From NCBI GenBank assembly GCA_965226375.1, contig CBDDCX010000006.1, positions 1 through 64,000 of the forward strand: a stretch of 64,000 nucleotides of DNA, read 5' to 3'. The translations under genes were made by a program, and so were the position numbers. Below the pieces are notes generated by a model. That model made no database searches, had not been told where the DNA came from, and worked only from the letters and a program-made list of their open reading frames with translations. This DNA is from Longimicrobiales bacterium. GTDB lineage: Bacteria; Gemmatimonadota; Gemmatimonadetes; Longimicrobiales; Gaopeijiaceae. Shown one piece after another: positions 47,581 through 57,933 of the stretch (the first letter of the stretch is position 1; each line of letters begins with the position of its first letter).

Positions 47581-48279
47581 CTAGATCTGCACCGCCGCCG
47601 AGGCTTGCCGAAGCACCCTCAGCTTCGACTGCTGGTTCTGGATGAGCAGTCGGTTGAGTAGGTCGTTGTTCGGATCCTCGGCCAGCGCCCGCCGCGCCTC
47701 ATCGATGGCCCGATCCACAATGCTCAGGCTCTCTTCGATGGTGGCGAGCGTCTGGGGGTCGAGCAGGTTTCTGCCCCGCTCGAGTACGGACTCCAAGCTG
47801 GCGATGGCCTGCTCGTATTCGGTCGAGGCGGCATAAACGGCGGGAACGAGATTGGCCGGCCGAGCCACCTCGCTCGCCAAGGTTCCCGCGGCGTCTCGGT
47901 TGCCGCCTCCGTTGAGGACCAGCCACACCGTAGCACCGGAGATGAACGCCAACGTGATCGAAGCGGCCATCAGCTGTCCCATGGAGAAAGAGAACCGCCG
48001 CGCGCCGGAGGCACTGCCCGTCCGTAAGGGAACGACCCCATCGTCTTCCTCCTCGGCGGGCGAGTCGATCTGCGCCCGTACCTCCGGCCACAGATCTCGC
48101 GAGGGGGTCGCCTCGGTCGGCAACTCGGCCATCTCCGACAGTAGTCGTTCCAGCCCGGAGAGGCTCTCCTGGCATTGCTCGCACGTACTGAGATGCGCTT
48201 GGATCTCCCGGGCCGTCTCGTCGGTCACCTGCTCCTCGAGATAGTCGTTCAACCGTGTCTCTTCGATGTGTCCGTTCAT
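47581..48279 (-). CDS. zf-HC2 anti-sigma factor
   Basis: HLSTCEQC, RDLWP, TM segment. Confidence 0.82.
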   Translation of the reverse strand: MNGHIEETRLNDYLEEQVTDETAREIQAHLSTCEQCQESLSGLERLLSEMAELPTEATPSRDLWPEVRAQIDSPAEEEDDGVVPLRTGSASGARRFSFSMGQLMAASITLAFISGATVWLVLNGGGNRDAAGTLASEVARPANLVPAVYAASTEYEQAIASLESVLERGRNLLDPQTLATIEESLSIVDRAIDEARRALAEDPNNDLLNRLLIQNQQSKLRVLRQASAAVQI

Positions 48280-48875
48280 CGTTCCAGTGCCTCTTGTACC
48301 AGGGCACGCGCCCTGTGAATCTGAGCCTTCACCGTGCCGAGCGTCACTCCGGTGAGCTCGGCGATCTCCTTGTACTTGAACCCCTGCACATCCCGGAGCA
48401 CCAGCACTTTCTTCGCCCCGTCCGGAAGGCCCGCGATGGCCCGTTCCAGGTCGACCTTGGTCCCCGGCATGGCCTGCGTAGCCGCCACCGCGTAGCGCTC
48501 CAGATCATCCACCGTGTGCTCCCGGGCCTGTCTGCGTCCCCGCGAACGACGGTCCTGCAGAATCACGTTCACGGCCAGACGATGCAGCCAAGTCGAGAAT
48601 TGGCTGTCTCCCCTGAAGCTCGAGAGCTTCTGCCACGCCCGGACAAAGACGTCCTGCGTCAGAGTCTCGGCGTGCTGTGCGTCACTACTCATACGAAGAC
48701 AGAGTGCGTGAATACGACCGACGTTGGCCCGGTAAACGCCCTCGAAGGCATCGGGATCGCCCGACTGTGCCTTACGGATCATGCGATTCACCAGGTCGGT
48801 CTGGTCCACTTGGTCCGTTTGGGCTGCCTGGCCACCGAACTCGACGTCGATCTCCTTCAAAAGCGCTAATCCCAT
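48276..48875 (-). CDS. ECF sigma-70 factor
   Basis: TQDVFVRAW, FSTWLHRLAVN, GTVKAQIHRAR. Confidence 0.9.
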   Translation of the reverse strand: MGLALLKEIDVEFGGQAAQTDQVDQTDLVNRMIRKAQSGDPDAFEGVYRANVGRIHALCLRMSSDAQHAETLTQDVFVRAWQKLSSFRGDSQFSTWLHRLAVNVILQDRRSRGRRQAREHTVDDLERYAVAATQAMPGTKVDLERAIAGLPDGAKKVLVLRDVQGFKYKEIAELTGVTLGTVKAQIHRARALVQEALER

Positions 48876-48964
48876 GGGTTCCCGGGAAACAGGGTTCTCT
48901 AACCTCTACCTGCTCAGATCCCGGAGAACGCTCAGATGTTGGAAGAGGGTAAGGCTACTGTGGA

Positions 48965-49378
48965 TCAGCGATCCGAGAGCCGATACACGAAACGCAGACC
49001 GGACCAGTCATTGTCGATGGCGCACACCTTGTTATCGACGAGTCCAGCCTCCAATCCGATGCTCCGAACGTGGCTATCTCGCAGGTCGGTTGCCAAGGGC
49101 GAGCTCTTCTTGGGCCAGCTCACCCAGAGGCCACCGTTCGGCCGCAGGCGCCGAGAGATCCCGGGAAACCGGGCCCTGAGCTCACCTTCGTCGCTAACGA
49201 AGAAGACGGCCACGTCGAGCTCGATCTCGGGTGGTGGCTCCCTCTTCATGTCCACATCGTCGGGCAGTGGATCGAGGCGGGCGGGAAAGTGGGGCGGAGC
49301 GTCGAACGTACCCACGTGGTGCCCCGCCTTTATCCCGAGCTTCTTGGCCAGTGGGGTGCCGGAGTATCCGGCGCTCAT
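48965..49378 (-). CDS. DUF3052-like protein
   Basis: MSAGYSGTPLAKKLGIK, LWVSWPKK, GLVDNKVC. Confidence 0.8.
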   Translation of the reverse strand: MSAGYSGTPLAKKLGIKAGHHVGTFDAPPHFPARLDPLPDDVDMKREPPPEIELDVAVFFVSDEGELRARFPGISRRLRPNGGLWVSWPKKSSPLATDLRDSHVRSIGLEAGLVDNKVCAIDNDWSGLRFVYRLSDR

Positions 49379-49491
49379 GATCGCCACACGTGTGTAGTCA
49401 CGAGTCCATGGTAGGCAAGGAGCCCCGGCGGGTCCACCGGTTCCCGGACTCACCTCTTTGTTGAGTCTCCGTTCGGCTCCACATTATCTGA

Positions 49492-50274
49492 ATGGATTTA
49501 CTGACCAGCCCCGAAGCGTGGGTCGCCCTGGCCACGCTCACGATTCTCGAGATTGTCCTCGGGATCGACAACATCGTCTTCATATCGGTCCTGGCCGACC
49601 GACTCCCCGCGGAGGAACGGCCCAAAGCCCGCCAGCTAGGCCTGGCGCTCGCGATGGGCACGCGCATCCTGCTGCTGTTCTCCATCACCTGGATCATGCG
49701 GCTCACGGCACCGCTGTTTACAGTGGTCCAGAACGAAGTGTCGGGCAGGGACATCATTCTCATCGTGGGGGGACTCTTCCTCCTGACCAAATCCACCCGT
49801 GAAATCCATCACAAGATGGAGGGGAACGGAGACGGGGTCGGGTCAGGCGGTAACGTGGTGACCTTTACGGGGGTGCTGATTCAGATCGCCCTGCTGGACA
49901 TGATCTTCTCGCTGGACTCGGTGATCACGGCGGTCGGTATGGCGGACGACCTGGCCGTAATGGTGACAGCGGTCATCCTGGCCGTGGGGGTCATGATGAT
50001 CTCGGCCGAACCTGTGGGAAACTTCGTCTCGGATCATCCCACCGTGAAGATGCTCGCCCTCAGCTTCCTTCTGCTGATCGGAATGAGTCTGGTGGCGGAC
50101 GGAGTGGGCTTCCATATCCCGAAAGGCTACATCTACTTTGCCATGGGGTTCTCGGTCTTCGTGGAGTTCCTCAACCTGCGTGCACACCCGAAAGACAAGG
50201 CGGGGCCGCATGCGGCCCCCCTGCACCCCTCGGAAACGCAGGAGGCGGCGGCAGATAGCGGCGGGGACGTCTAA
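49492..50274 (+). CDS. TerC-family membrane protein
   Basis: LEIVLGIDN, FSLDSVITAVG, KGYIYFAM. Confidence 0.92.
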   Translation: MDLLTSPEAWVALATLTILEIVLGIDNIVFISVLADRLPAEERPKARQLGLALAMGTRILLLFSITWIMRLTAPLFTVVQNEVSGRDIILIVGGLFLLTKSTREIHHKMEGNGDGVGSGGNVVTFTGVLIQIALLDMIFSLDSVITAVGMADDLAVMVTAVILAVGVMMISAEPVGNFVSDHPTVKMLALSFLLLIGMSLVADGVGFHIPKGYIYFAMGFSVFVEFLNLRAHPKDKAGPHAAPLHPSETQEAAADSGGDV

Positions 50275-50307
50275 CTCTGGGCTACCCGATGGGCTCCCCG
50301 ACGGGTG

Positions 50308-50883
50308 TTACATGCTCACGCCCGGCTCACCCTCCGACACGTTGAATCGGACCCACATGCCGGTGACGGCGTGCGCGGGGATGTAGCACACCAGCGCGTA
50401 CTCCCCGGCCACATCGGCAGTGAACCTGAAGGACTCCGTTTCGCCCGGCAGGGTGGCCTCCGTCATGGACGTGGGATCGGCGGTGATCGCTCCGCTGAAG
50501 GCCGGCTGAGGATCCTCGAACATGGCGCCGTAGCCCCCCACCTGCGCGTCGATTCCGAGGCTGTGCGCCATGGCCGAGTCGTCGTTGGTGAACTCTACCG
50601 TGATCTCGTAGCCCAGCGGCACGGTGATCGTACCCTCGCCGTTCGCCATGCCGTTGAACTTCCACCCGCCGTCCATCTGTGCGGTCACGTGGAGTTCGAC
50701 CGTCTTGGCGTCCGTGTCGATATGGTACCAGTCCGGTATCCCACCCTCGACGGCGCCTTCGGCCGCCGGTGCCGCTGCCGGCTCCGAAGCGGCGGGAGCG
50801 GCGTCCGGGGAATCGGCACCGCCACAGGCTACGAGCCCTGCGGTGATAACGGCGGTCAGACCCAGCTTGGAGGAGCGCTTCAT
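50308..50883 (-). CDS. Sulfocyanin-like blue copper lipoprotein
   Basis: Lipobox LVAC; AHS and CYIPAHAVTGM copper ligands. Confidence 0.8.
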   Translation of the reverse strand: MKRSSKLGLTAVITAGLVACGGADSPDAAPAASEPAAAPAAEGAVEGGIPDWYHIDTDAKTVELHVTAQMDGGWKFNGMANGEGTITVPLGYEITVEFTNDDSAMAHSLGIDAQVGGYGAMFEDPQPAFSGAITADPTSMTEATLPGETESFRFTADVAGEYALVCYIPAHAVTGMWVRFNVSEGEPGVSM

Positions 50884-51033
50884 TTTGATCCGTACTCCTG
50901 GTTCGGCTCGTAGCCGAGTAGCCGAAAGGCCACCGGCCGTGAACACGGGGACCCTGAAAAATACGCAAGCCTCTGTACGGAGGTAAGGCGCGGTAGGCCG
51001 GATCAACGAGGCCTCCAAGGCGCCACTGGCAAG

Positions 51034-51066
51034 AAAAAAAGGGCGCTGCCTCGAAAGGCAGCGCCC
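51034..51066 (-). terminator. Rho-independent terminator
   Basis: Minus strand GGGCGCTGCC-loop-GGCAGCGCCC-T7. Confidence 0.85.
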
Positions 51067-51092
51067 TGGAAAGGCCGGAGAACTCGGCTCTC

Positions 51093-51254
51093 TCAGTCGC
51101 TGTGGCAACCCACGGCCATCACGACTCTCTGACGCTCCACCGGGAGTGCCTCTTCGGCCATCTGCCGAAGTAGCTCAGCCCCACGACTATCCCCCTCACC
51201 CTCCACCCGACTCGCTGCTCTGAGTCAGTGCCCAATTCTCTCTTCCACACTCAT
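51093..51254 (-). pseudogene. Small ORF with in-frame TGA at codon 10
   Basis: Purine-rich SD, 54-codon frame, terminator downstream. Confidence 0.45.
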
Positions 51255-51459
51255 CTTCCTCTTCCTTCCTCACGGGGCCGATCTGAACGCGGCCCTCAGC
51301 CCTTCTCCCACACTCTCTCCAATACGAGACAGCACTGTTTCGGTTTCAGGCTCATCGCAAGAACCATCCCCCTCACTTGCTCTGACGACTCTTAGACGAG
51401 GAAGGTTGCGTCGGGGTCACATCGCTTGACAGCCATGGGGTGCGGTGACACGCTGCGAG

Positions 51460-52620
51460 ATGACCGACTCAGCCACCGACGCCACGGGCAGCGGGACTCG
51501 CGCCCCGGGCCTTCTGAAGCGCTACCTCCTTCCCGGGTTCATCTTCCAGTCGGTGGTCATCGCCGGTGGATACGGCACGGGCAGGGAGTTGGCGGAGTTC
51601 TTTCTGCCCTACGGCCCCAAGGGCGGACTCCTGGCCATGATGCTGGTGTCCATGACGTTCTGGTCGCTGGTGTGTGCCGTAGCCTTCGAGTACGCACGCG
51701 TTTTCCAGGCCTATGACTACCGGACGTTCTGCAGGCACTTGCTGGGGCCTGGTTGGATCGTCTTCGAGTTGACGTATTCGGCCATGCTCATGGTCGTTCT
51801 GGCCGTGATCGCGTCGGCAGCGGGCTCGATTCTACAGGAGACGTTCGGTCTCCCGTACCTGGTGGGGGTCGTCGGGATCATGGTCGCGATCGGATTCCTG
51901 GTCTTCGAGGGTACCGGACTCATCGAGAAGGTGCTGGCCAGTTGGTCATTCGTGCTCTACGGCACGTTCACTGTCCTGTTCGCCTGGTCGTTGTCCGCCT
52001 TCAGCACGGAGATCGGAACGGCCTTGAGCACAGTGCCGGTCGGCGACGGATGGTTCGTGGGCGGCATCGCCTACGCGGCGTACAACGTGGCCATCATCCC
52101 GGCGCTGCTCTTCAGTGTGCGACACGTGAGCACCAGAAAAGAAGCGTTGATCTCGGGTGGTCTCGCCGGCCCGATCGCCATCATCCCGGGCTTCTTCCTG
52201 CTCCTCGCGATGGCCGGCCACTACCCGGGAATCGCCGACGAGACGGTGCCCGTGAACCTCATACTCGAGGGCCTCGGATCCCGCACGTTCCAGATCGTCT
52301 TTCAGATTTGCCTGTTCGGAACGCTCATCGAGACCGGCACCGGCATGATCCACGGTGTGAACGAGCGTCTGGCCATGACTTTCAAAGAGGCTGGCAAGGA
52401 GCTTCCCCCGATGGTGCGCCCGGCAATCGCCGTGACGCTGTTGGTTATCGGCGCCCTTCTGGCTCAGTTCGGGCTCATCGGCCTGATCGCGAGGGGGTAC
52501 GGCACACTCACGTGGATTTTCCTGGTGGTGGTCCTGTTGCCGCTGCTGACCTGGGGCGTGTGGCAGCTGGCCACAGCGGACGGAAACAGCGGTGACGACG
52601 CGGCGACAGACTCCGCCTAG
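51460..52620 (+). CDS. YkvI-like membrane transporter
   Basis: VIAGGYGTGRELAEFF; about 10 TM segments. Confidence 0.8.
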   Translation: MTDSATDATGSGTRAPGLLKRYLLPGFIFQSVVIAGGYGTGRELAEFFLPYGPKGGLLAMMLVSMTFWSLVCAVAFEYARVFQAYDYRTFCRHLLGPGWIVFELTYSAMLMVVLAVIASAAGSILQETFGLPYLVGVVGIMVAIGFLVFEGTGLIEKVLASWSFVLYGTFTVLFAWSLSAFSTEIGTALSTVPVGDGWFVGGIAYAAYNVAIIPALLFSVRHVSTRKEALISGGLAGPIAIIPGFFLLLAMAGHYPGIADETVPVNLILEGLGSRTFQIVFQICLFGTLIETGTGMIHGVNERLAMTFKEAGKELPPMVRPAIAVTLLVIGALLAQFGLIGLIARGYGTLTWIFLVVVLLPLLTWGVWQLATADGNSGDDAATDSA

Positions 52621-52638
52621 GCGGCTCGAGACAGCCCC

Positions 52639-54429
52639 CTAGGAGATCGGCCTCCGGTCCGGCGCCTGGTAGCCAGGGCCACGCACGATCATGCCCGGCT
52701 TCGCATCGGTGTGCTCTCCGTCCCTGACCACCGCCACCCCGTTCACGAACACGTCGCGCACGCCCTCTGACACCTGATGAGGCTCCTCGAAGGTGGCCCG
52801 GTCAATAATCGTTTCGGGATCGAAGATCACGATGTCCGCATAAAAGCCCTCTTTGAGTAGGCCGCGATCATGAATCGAAAGACGGGTGGCCACCGCCGAG
52901 CTCATCTTCCGGATGGCGTCCTCCAATGGGAGCACTCCCTTCTCTCGCACATAACGGCCGAGGATACGCGGATACGTCCCGTAGCTTCTCGGATGCACGA
53001 GAACGCGCGTGGTTTCGGGATTCACGCCTCCGGCGTCGGTCCCGAACTTCATCCAGGGCTGCTGCATCTGTAGAGCGACGTTGTCCTCGCTCATCAGGAA
53101 GTAGATCGTTCCCACGCGCTGGCGCTCGTCCAGAACCAGGTCCATGGCGGTGTCGATCCAGTCCTTGCCCATCTCCGCCGCGATATCGTCCAGGTAGCGG
53201 CCCGTGTACTTCTGATTCTCGGGCTTGTCCAGACCGAGAACCAAGACACCGGCAGGCGTAGCGAGCGTGCAGAAGCTCTCCCATACCTCCTGCTGGTTCT
53301 CGATCTCCCCTCGAATCCGTTGCCGAGCCTCGCGATCGGCCAGATTGTCGTAGAGCTTGCCATCCGCGGAAGCCGACGGTGGGAAGCACGCCGTCAGACC
53401 CGTGCTCCCCGCAACGTACGGATACATGTTCGCCTGTACGTCGACCCCTGCAGCCCGGGCCGAGTCGATCTTGGTGATGGCCATTGCAGCCTTGTGCCAG
53501 TTCCGCTGGCCTCCGGCCTTGAGGTGGTAGATCTCCACCGGTACGCCGCCACGTTCTCCGATTTCGATGGCCTCGTCGATGGCCTCCAGATAGTCGTCCG
53601 CTTCGGATCGCATGTGCGTGATGTAGACGCCCCCATAGCCAGCCATCGCCCCGGCGATCTCACCCAGCTCAGCCGTGGACACAAAGTTTCCCGGAGGATA
53701 GACCAGAGCGGAGGCGACACCGAAGGCGCCGTCCTCCATGGCCCGCCTCACGACGGCTTTCATCGTGTCCAGCTCTGCGGGTGCGGCGGGTCCCATACGC
53801 ATCCCGACCGCATAGGTGCGCACCGTGCCCGCCCCCAGAAAAGAACCCTGGTTGGCTGACGTGCCGTGAGCCTCCATGGCCTTCAGCCACGCGTCGAAGC
53901 CGTGATTTCCGGCGAAGCTACGAGCCAGACGGTCGGCCTGAGACTCTTCGTCGTTTGCCCGCCCCAGGCCCGTCGGATTCACCGGGGCATCGGTAGTGCC
54001 CTCCCCCATGATCTCCGTCGTAATACCCTGCGTGACCTTGCTGACGACCCTCCCGTCGCCCTGGAGGAACGCGTAGCGGGAGTGGCTTTGTATATCGATG
54101 AAGCCGGGAGCGACCACGTGCCCGAACGCGTCGACGCGCTCGCTGGTCGACGCACGACGTAACATCCCGCGAGGCGCGATGCGGGCGATGCGGCCGTCCT
54201 TGACCGCCAGGTCGCCATAGAACCATGCGTTTCCGGTGCCGTCTACGATCCTTCCGTTCTCGATGACCAGGTCGTACTCGACCTCCGGTTCGGCCACCGG
54301 CTCGACGGCCGGCTCCGGAGCCGGAAGGGGCACGGCTACGGCGGGGGGAGGTGCACTCCCTCCGCACGAAGAGAGGACGAGGACCGTGAGGAGCAGGACG
54401 ATGGATCGGGAACGAAGCATATTTATCAT
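52639..54429 (-). CDS. N-acyl-D-amino-acid deacylase family amidohydrolase (lipoprotein)
   Basis: IVDGTG, APGFIDIQSHS, THMRSE, HPRSYGTYPR; lipobox LSSC. Confidence 0.88.
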   Translation of the reverse strand: MINMLRSRSIVLLLTVLVLSSCGGSAPPPAVAVPLPAPEPAVEPVAEPEVEYDLVIENGRIVDGTGNAWFYGDLAVKDGRIARIAPRGMLRRASTSERVDAFGHVVAPGFIDIQSHSRYAFLQGDGRVVSKVTQGITTEIMGEGTTDAPVNPTGLGRANDEESQADRLARSFAGNHGFDAWLKAMEAHGTSANQGSFLGAGTVRTYAVGMRMGPAAPAELDTMKAVVRRAMEDGAFGVASALVYPPGNFVSTAELGEIAGAMAGYGGVYITHMRSEADDYLEAIDEAIEIGERGGVPVEIYHLKAGGQRNWHKAAMAITKIDSARAAGVDVQANMYPYVAGSTGLTACFPPSASADGKLYDNLADREARQRIRGEIENQQEVWESFCTLATPAGVLVLGLDKPENQKYTGRYLDDIAAEMGKDWIDTAMDLVLDERQRVGTIYFLMSEDNVALQMQQPWMKFGTDAGGVNPETTRVLVHPRSYGTYPRILGRYVREKGVLPLEDAIRKMSSAVATRLSIHDRGLLKEGFYADIVIFDPETIIDRATFEEPHQVSEGVRDVFVNGVAVVRDGEHTDAKPGMIVRGPGYQAPDRRPIS

Positions 54430-54433
54430 GGCC

Positions 54434-55564
54434 TCACCGGTATCCGTAATATGTGCGGCCCTGCGGGGGAGCAGGCAGCGTCGGGGCCGTCCAGCGCCCT
54501 GACTCGAAGTCCATCCAGCGCTCGAAGAGCCTGGCGGAGTACTCGGCCCCCGCATTGGCGTCCAGTCCCCTGAGAACCTCACCCATGACGCCGGAGTAGC
54601 CTGCCCTGGCCACCCTGATCAGGGCGGTCAATCCATCGTATGCGTCCGCGAAACCCTGGGCCGTGAACGTCACGGAGCCGTCGTCATATCGAACACCTGG
54701 CACCCCTTCCAGGGCCGCCAGTGAGGCGGGCGGCACGGCATCGAGCGTCGCTTCGACCGGCGACGCGGTCTTCATCACGCGGGCATCGGACAGTGCCTCG
54801 ACGGCGGCCTGGGCCTCAGCACGGAGCTGTGCCCGGACTTCTTCCACGGGATAGGGATCCGCCGTTGACGCGCTGGTGGCATCCTTCACCGTCACGTACC
54901 GGATCCACGGCATGGTGGCCAGATCAGCGGCGAGTTTGTCATCACCGGACGCGAAGATGACAGGCACGCCCACACGACCCCAGGAAAGAGCCACGATCTC
55001 GGTCTCCGTGATACTCTGCCCGTTGAGGCGCCATCCGATTCCGGGATTGTAGGTATGAGATGCGAAGCCCCCGCTTCCGGTCTTGGCATGCATGCCGACC
55101 ACGGCGATCGCGTCGAAAGCGCCCGCCTCGACGATGTCGACATAGGCCTCGAAGGGTTCTGACCGGCTGTACATCTCGGCCCGTGGGTCCAGACGGTCGA
55201 GGATGATATCGGGTTCCGGGTTGCCACTTCCGTGGCCGTCTACCACCCGAACCACATCGGCCCCTCCATCGAACAGACCCGCGATGACGGCGTTCACGTC
55301 ACCGATCAGATACTCCGCACCCTGCGGATAGAACTCGGCATTGCGGTACGAAAAGGTCCGGGGGTCGGACTGACCGGAGAGCCCCTCCATGTCGTGCATG
55401 ACCAGGACTCGAAGCTCACCGTCGTCGTCGGGTGCCGGGTCCGCGAGGGTCCAGGGAGCACCCTGTAAGGCGTCGCCAGACGTGTCCTGCTCGGACTCGA
55501 TCGTGCATCCGCCCGCGGCGACGCCGGCAAGAAGTGTCAGGGCCCAGTGTGCTCGAAACGTCAT
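54434..55564 (-). CDS. M55 (DppA-like) D-aminopeptidase
   Basis: DMEG, DGHG, GMHA, SHT, SGDD. Confidence 0.85.
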   Translation of the reverse strand: MTFRAHWALTLLAGVAAGGCTIESEQDTSGDALQGAPWTLADPAPDDDGELRVLVMHDMEGLSGQSDPRTFSYRNAEFYPQGAEYLIGDVNAVIAGLFDGGADVVRVVDGHGSGNPEPDIILDRLDPRAEMYSRSEPFEAYVDIVEAGAFDAIAVVGMHAKTGSGGFASHTYNPGIGWRLNGQSITETEIVALSWGRVGVPVIFASGDDKLAADLATMPWIRYVTVKDATSASTADPYPVEEVRAQLRAEAQAAVEALSDARVMKTASPVEATLDAVPPASLAALEGVPGVRYDDGSVTFTAQGFADAYDGLTALIRVARAGYSGVMGEVLRGLDANAGAEYSARLFERWMDFESGRWTAPTLPAPPQGRTYYGYR

Positions 55565-55639
55565 GCTTCGGTCCCTCTCGGTGTGGGAGATTATACGGAC
55601 GAACGACCCCCGGAGCCACGCTCCGAGGGTCGCACGTGC

Positions 55640-55757
55640 GCCGTTCATCTATCTCGCGGTGGCCTCGGCCCTGTTGGTGGTGGGGTTGGTGGCCAGTTAT
55701 GTGCCCGCGTGGAAGGCGACGAGGGTGTCGCCGGTGGTGGCGATGAGGTGTGAGTAG
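55640..55757 (+). pseudogene. ABC permease C-terminal remnant
   Basis: LVASYVPAWKATRVSPVVAMRCE. Confidence 0.7.
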
Positions 55758-55801
55758 GGGGGGCGCCCCGCGGCTGCACCGAGGCTCTGTCCCAGCGCTC
55801 T

Positions 55802-56100
55802 CTACGAAGCGGGCTCTCGGGACTGTCGAGCCGTGCTGATCACCCTCTCGACCTGAGCCGGAACATCGGTCTTGATCTGCTCGAACGCGGCTTCGTCTCC
55901 CCGGATAGCCGCGTAGTGTAGTTCCCTCACCTGATCGACGAAGTTATCCAGCTCCCGCCTGAGCTCCGGATAGTTGCGTTCGTTCTTGATGAACGGATGG
56001 GCGGCATACCAGATCGCAAGAAGAAGGCAGAAGAGCCCCGCAGTGACGCCTAGGATACGGCGAAAGTCGTCTTCGACGAAGAAGAAGATGACACTACCGC
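55802..56100 (-). CDS. Hypothetical membrane protein, probably 5'-truncated
   Basis: Hydrophobic segments then a helical tail; no clear start. Confidence 0.4.
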
Positions 56101-56350
56101 CCGACCGGACAAGAGAAAGGCGGCCTTTCCGAAGCCGCCCAGCCAGAACCTCCCAGTCGCCTGTCGTGGGTGACAAAAGGTGACTTTTCCGGCCGAGTAG
56201 ATGACCACGCCCCTGCATCCCGTTTGCATCCCGCAGACCGGCTAAGAACGGTTTTACAGGACGCCTCCTGACCGGCTTAGAACGGTCGAAACGTCCAGCT
56301 TCTAAGCGAGCGAGGAGGCCCGAAGGGCCCCCGCAGCTCAATCCTGTCGT

Positions 56351-56776
56351 TTACGCACCTGTTGACCCGAGCTCCGCACTTATCCGAGCGATGATCTCGG
56401 TCGTGGAAATCCCGGGCGTGTAGCCCACCGTGCGGTAAATGCCCATCTCGATCGGAATCTTGTAACAGAGCTCTTCCATCTCACTGGGAAAGTCATCTCC
56501 GTGCACGATCAGGTCGATTTCGTACTGTTCGATCCAGGCACGGTCGATCGTGAGTGGTGCGTTCGATGCTACTTCGTCGACGTAGCGACAGCCCTCGACC
56601 GAAGCCACGCGCTCCTCCATGGTGAGTATCGGGCGGCTCCTCTTGTAACTCATCACCGTTTCATCGGCGTGAACGCCCACCAAAAGGTAGTCACCGTGTC
56701 TTCTGGCCTGTCTGAGGAAATTCACGTGACCGTAATGGAACAGATCGGCCACCATATCGACGTAAACGCGTGTGAT
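56351..56776 (-). CDS. TagD-like cytidylyltransferase
   Basis: DLFHYGH, LLVGV, HGDD, TPGISTT; start uncertain (56755 ATG or 56776 ATC). Confidence 0.85.
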   Translation of the reverse strand: MTRVYVDMVADLFHYGHVNFLRQARRHGDYLLVGVHADETVMSYKRSRPILTMEERVASVEGCRYVDEVASNAPLTIDRAWIEQYEIDLIVHGDDFPSEMEELCYKIPIEMGIYRTVGYTPGISTTEIIARISAELGSTGA

Positions 56777-56824
56777 GTCAGGTTCTCCTGGGCTAGGTCT
56801 ATGGATTACTGATCTAAGGCCTGG

Positions 56825-57715
56825 TCAGACCTGTTCGGCAATGAGGGCGTGTGCTCTCCCCGAGAGACTCTGAGGGTCCGGTTTGTAGACGTAGTTCACA
56901 CCAGGCGCGAGGTACTCAACATAGAGGATCTCCTTGTGATCTCCATGTTGGACAGAGACCACGTATCCGGCCTCGCCCGGGAGGCTGAAGTAGACATAGC
57001 CATCTGCATTGGTGCTTGACCTATCCAGCCCTGTCAGGACAGTCGTGGCGGCCAACGCAACCTGGGCCCCCTCGACCGGACGACCCTCGAGATCGAGGAC
57101 CTTCAGACTGCCGGTGTGCCGTTGAGGTTCGAGTTTGCTAGCCAGGCCCATGATCCCATCGGAGGTGGTGGGAAGAGTGGCTTCGGCCATCAGGACTTCC
57201 TGTTCGAACCCGCCCGCTCTTTTTGGAATCATCCATTCCGGACCGTACTTGAGCCTGAGGTATTCCTCGGGCGGATTCGGCACCAAGAATTTCTCGCCGA
57301 GGAAATCGATCTCTTTCAGGTCCGTGTGCAGACTTGCTGGGATTCGAACGACCGGCCACTGGTAAATGCTGTCGTCTATGATTCGATAGCAGCTCCAGTC
57401 CATCGGCGTGCCAAACTTCTTGAGATCAACGCTCAGATGAAGTTCGGTATCTGTGATTCGTGCGTCGAACCCGTGCTCCTTGAACACGTCCGCTGCACTA
57501 CGTACCAGTTCCTCGGTAAGACCGTGCAGGCCGATCACCGAACCGATGTCCAGGTCATCGTCCCATTCGATGAAGGCGCTATCCCTCACAGCGCCCAAAC
57601 ATGTACCATGGCGCAAAAAGAAGACCAGTCCGAGTCGATCCAGGATCTGTTTCGCTTCTTTCAGCAGCGCTTCGGCGGTGCTCATGTCCATCGGTTTGAG
57701 AACTGAGGGTTGCAT
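56825..57715 (-). CDS. LicD-family phosphotransferase with C-terminal beta domain
   Basis: GTCLGAVR..FIEWDDDLDI, PEEYL..KYG..W.IP. Confidence 0.85.
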   Translation of the reverse strand: MQPSVLKPMDMSTAEALLKEAKQILDRLGLVFFLRHGTCLGAVRDSAFIEWDDDLDIGSVIGLHGLTEELVRSAADVFKEHGFDARITDTELHLSVDLKKFGTPMDWSCYRIIDDSIYQWPVVRIPASLHTDLKEIDFLGEKFLVPNPPEEYLRLKYGPEWMIPKRAGGFEQEVLMAEATLPTTSDGIMGLASKLEPQRHTGSLKVLDLEGRPVEGAQVALAATTVLTGLDRSSTNADGYVYFSLPGEAGYVVSVQHGDHKEILYVEYLAPGVNYVYKPDPQSLSGRAHALIAEQV

Positions 57716-57933
57716 GGTTGTGGATAAGCTCGTGTGTGGGGCCGATAAGGGTGGCCTCGCGCGACACAGACGAAGACTACGATAGGTCGCCGTCCGGATG
57801 CCGGCACACCTACGTTACAGCAATAGGCATACAGCACAAAGCCGGGGAGTCCATTCCCAGGACTCACCGAGGGAGAGACGCTGAGGGAGCGGATCGACCG
57901 CGAGAGACAACTACCCGCCGATTCGGGCGTACT

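Noticed and set aside
57923..57933. 11-bp match to the tRNA-Arg 3' end as an att site
   Set aside because: Short and in the opposite orientation to the tRNA; likely chance.
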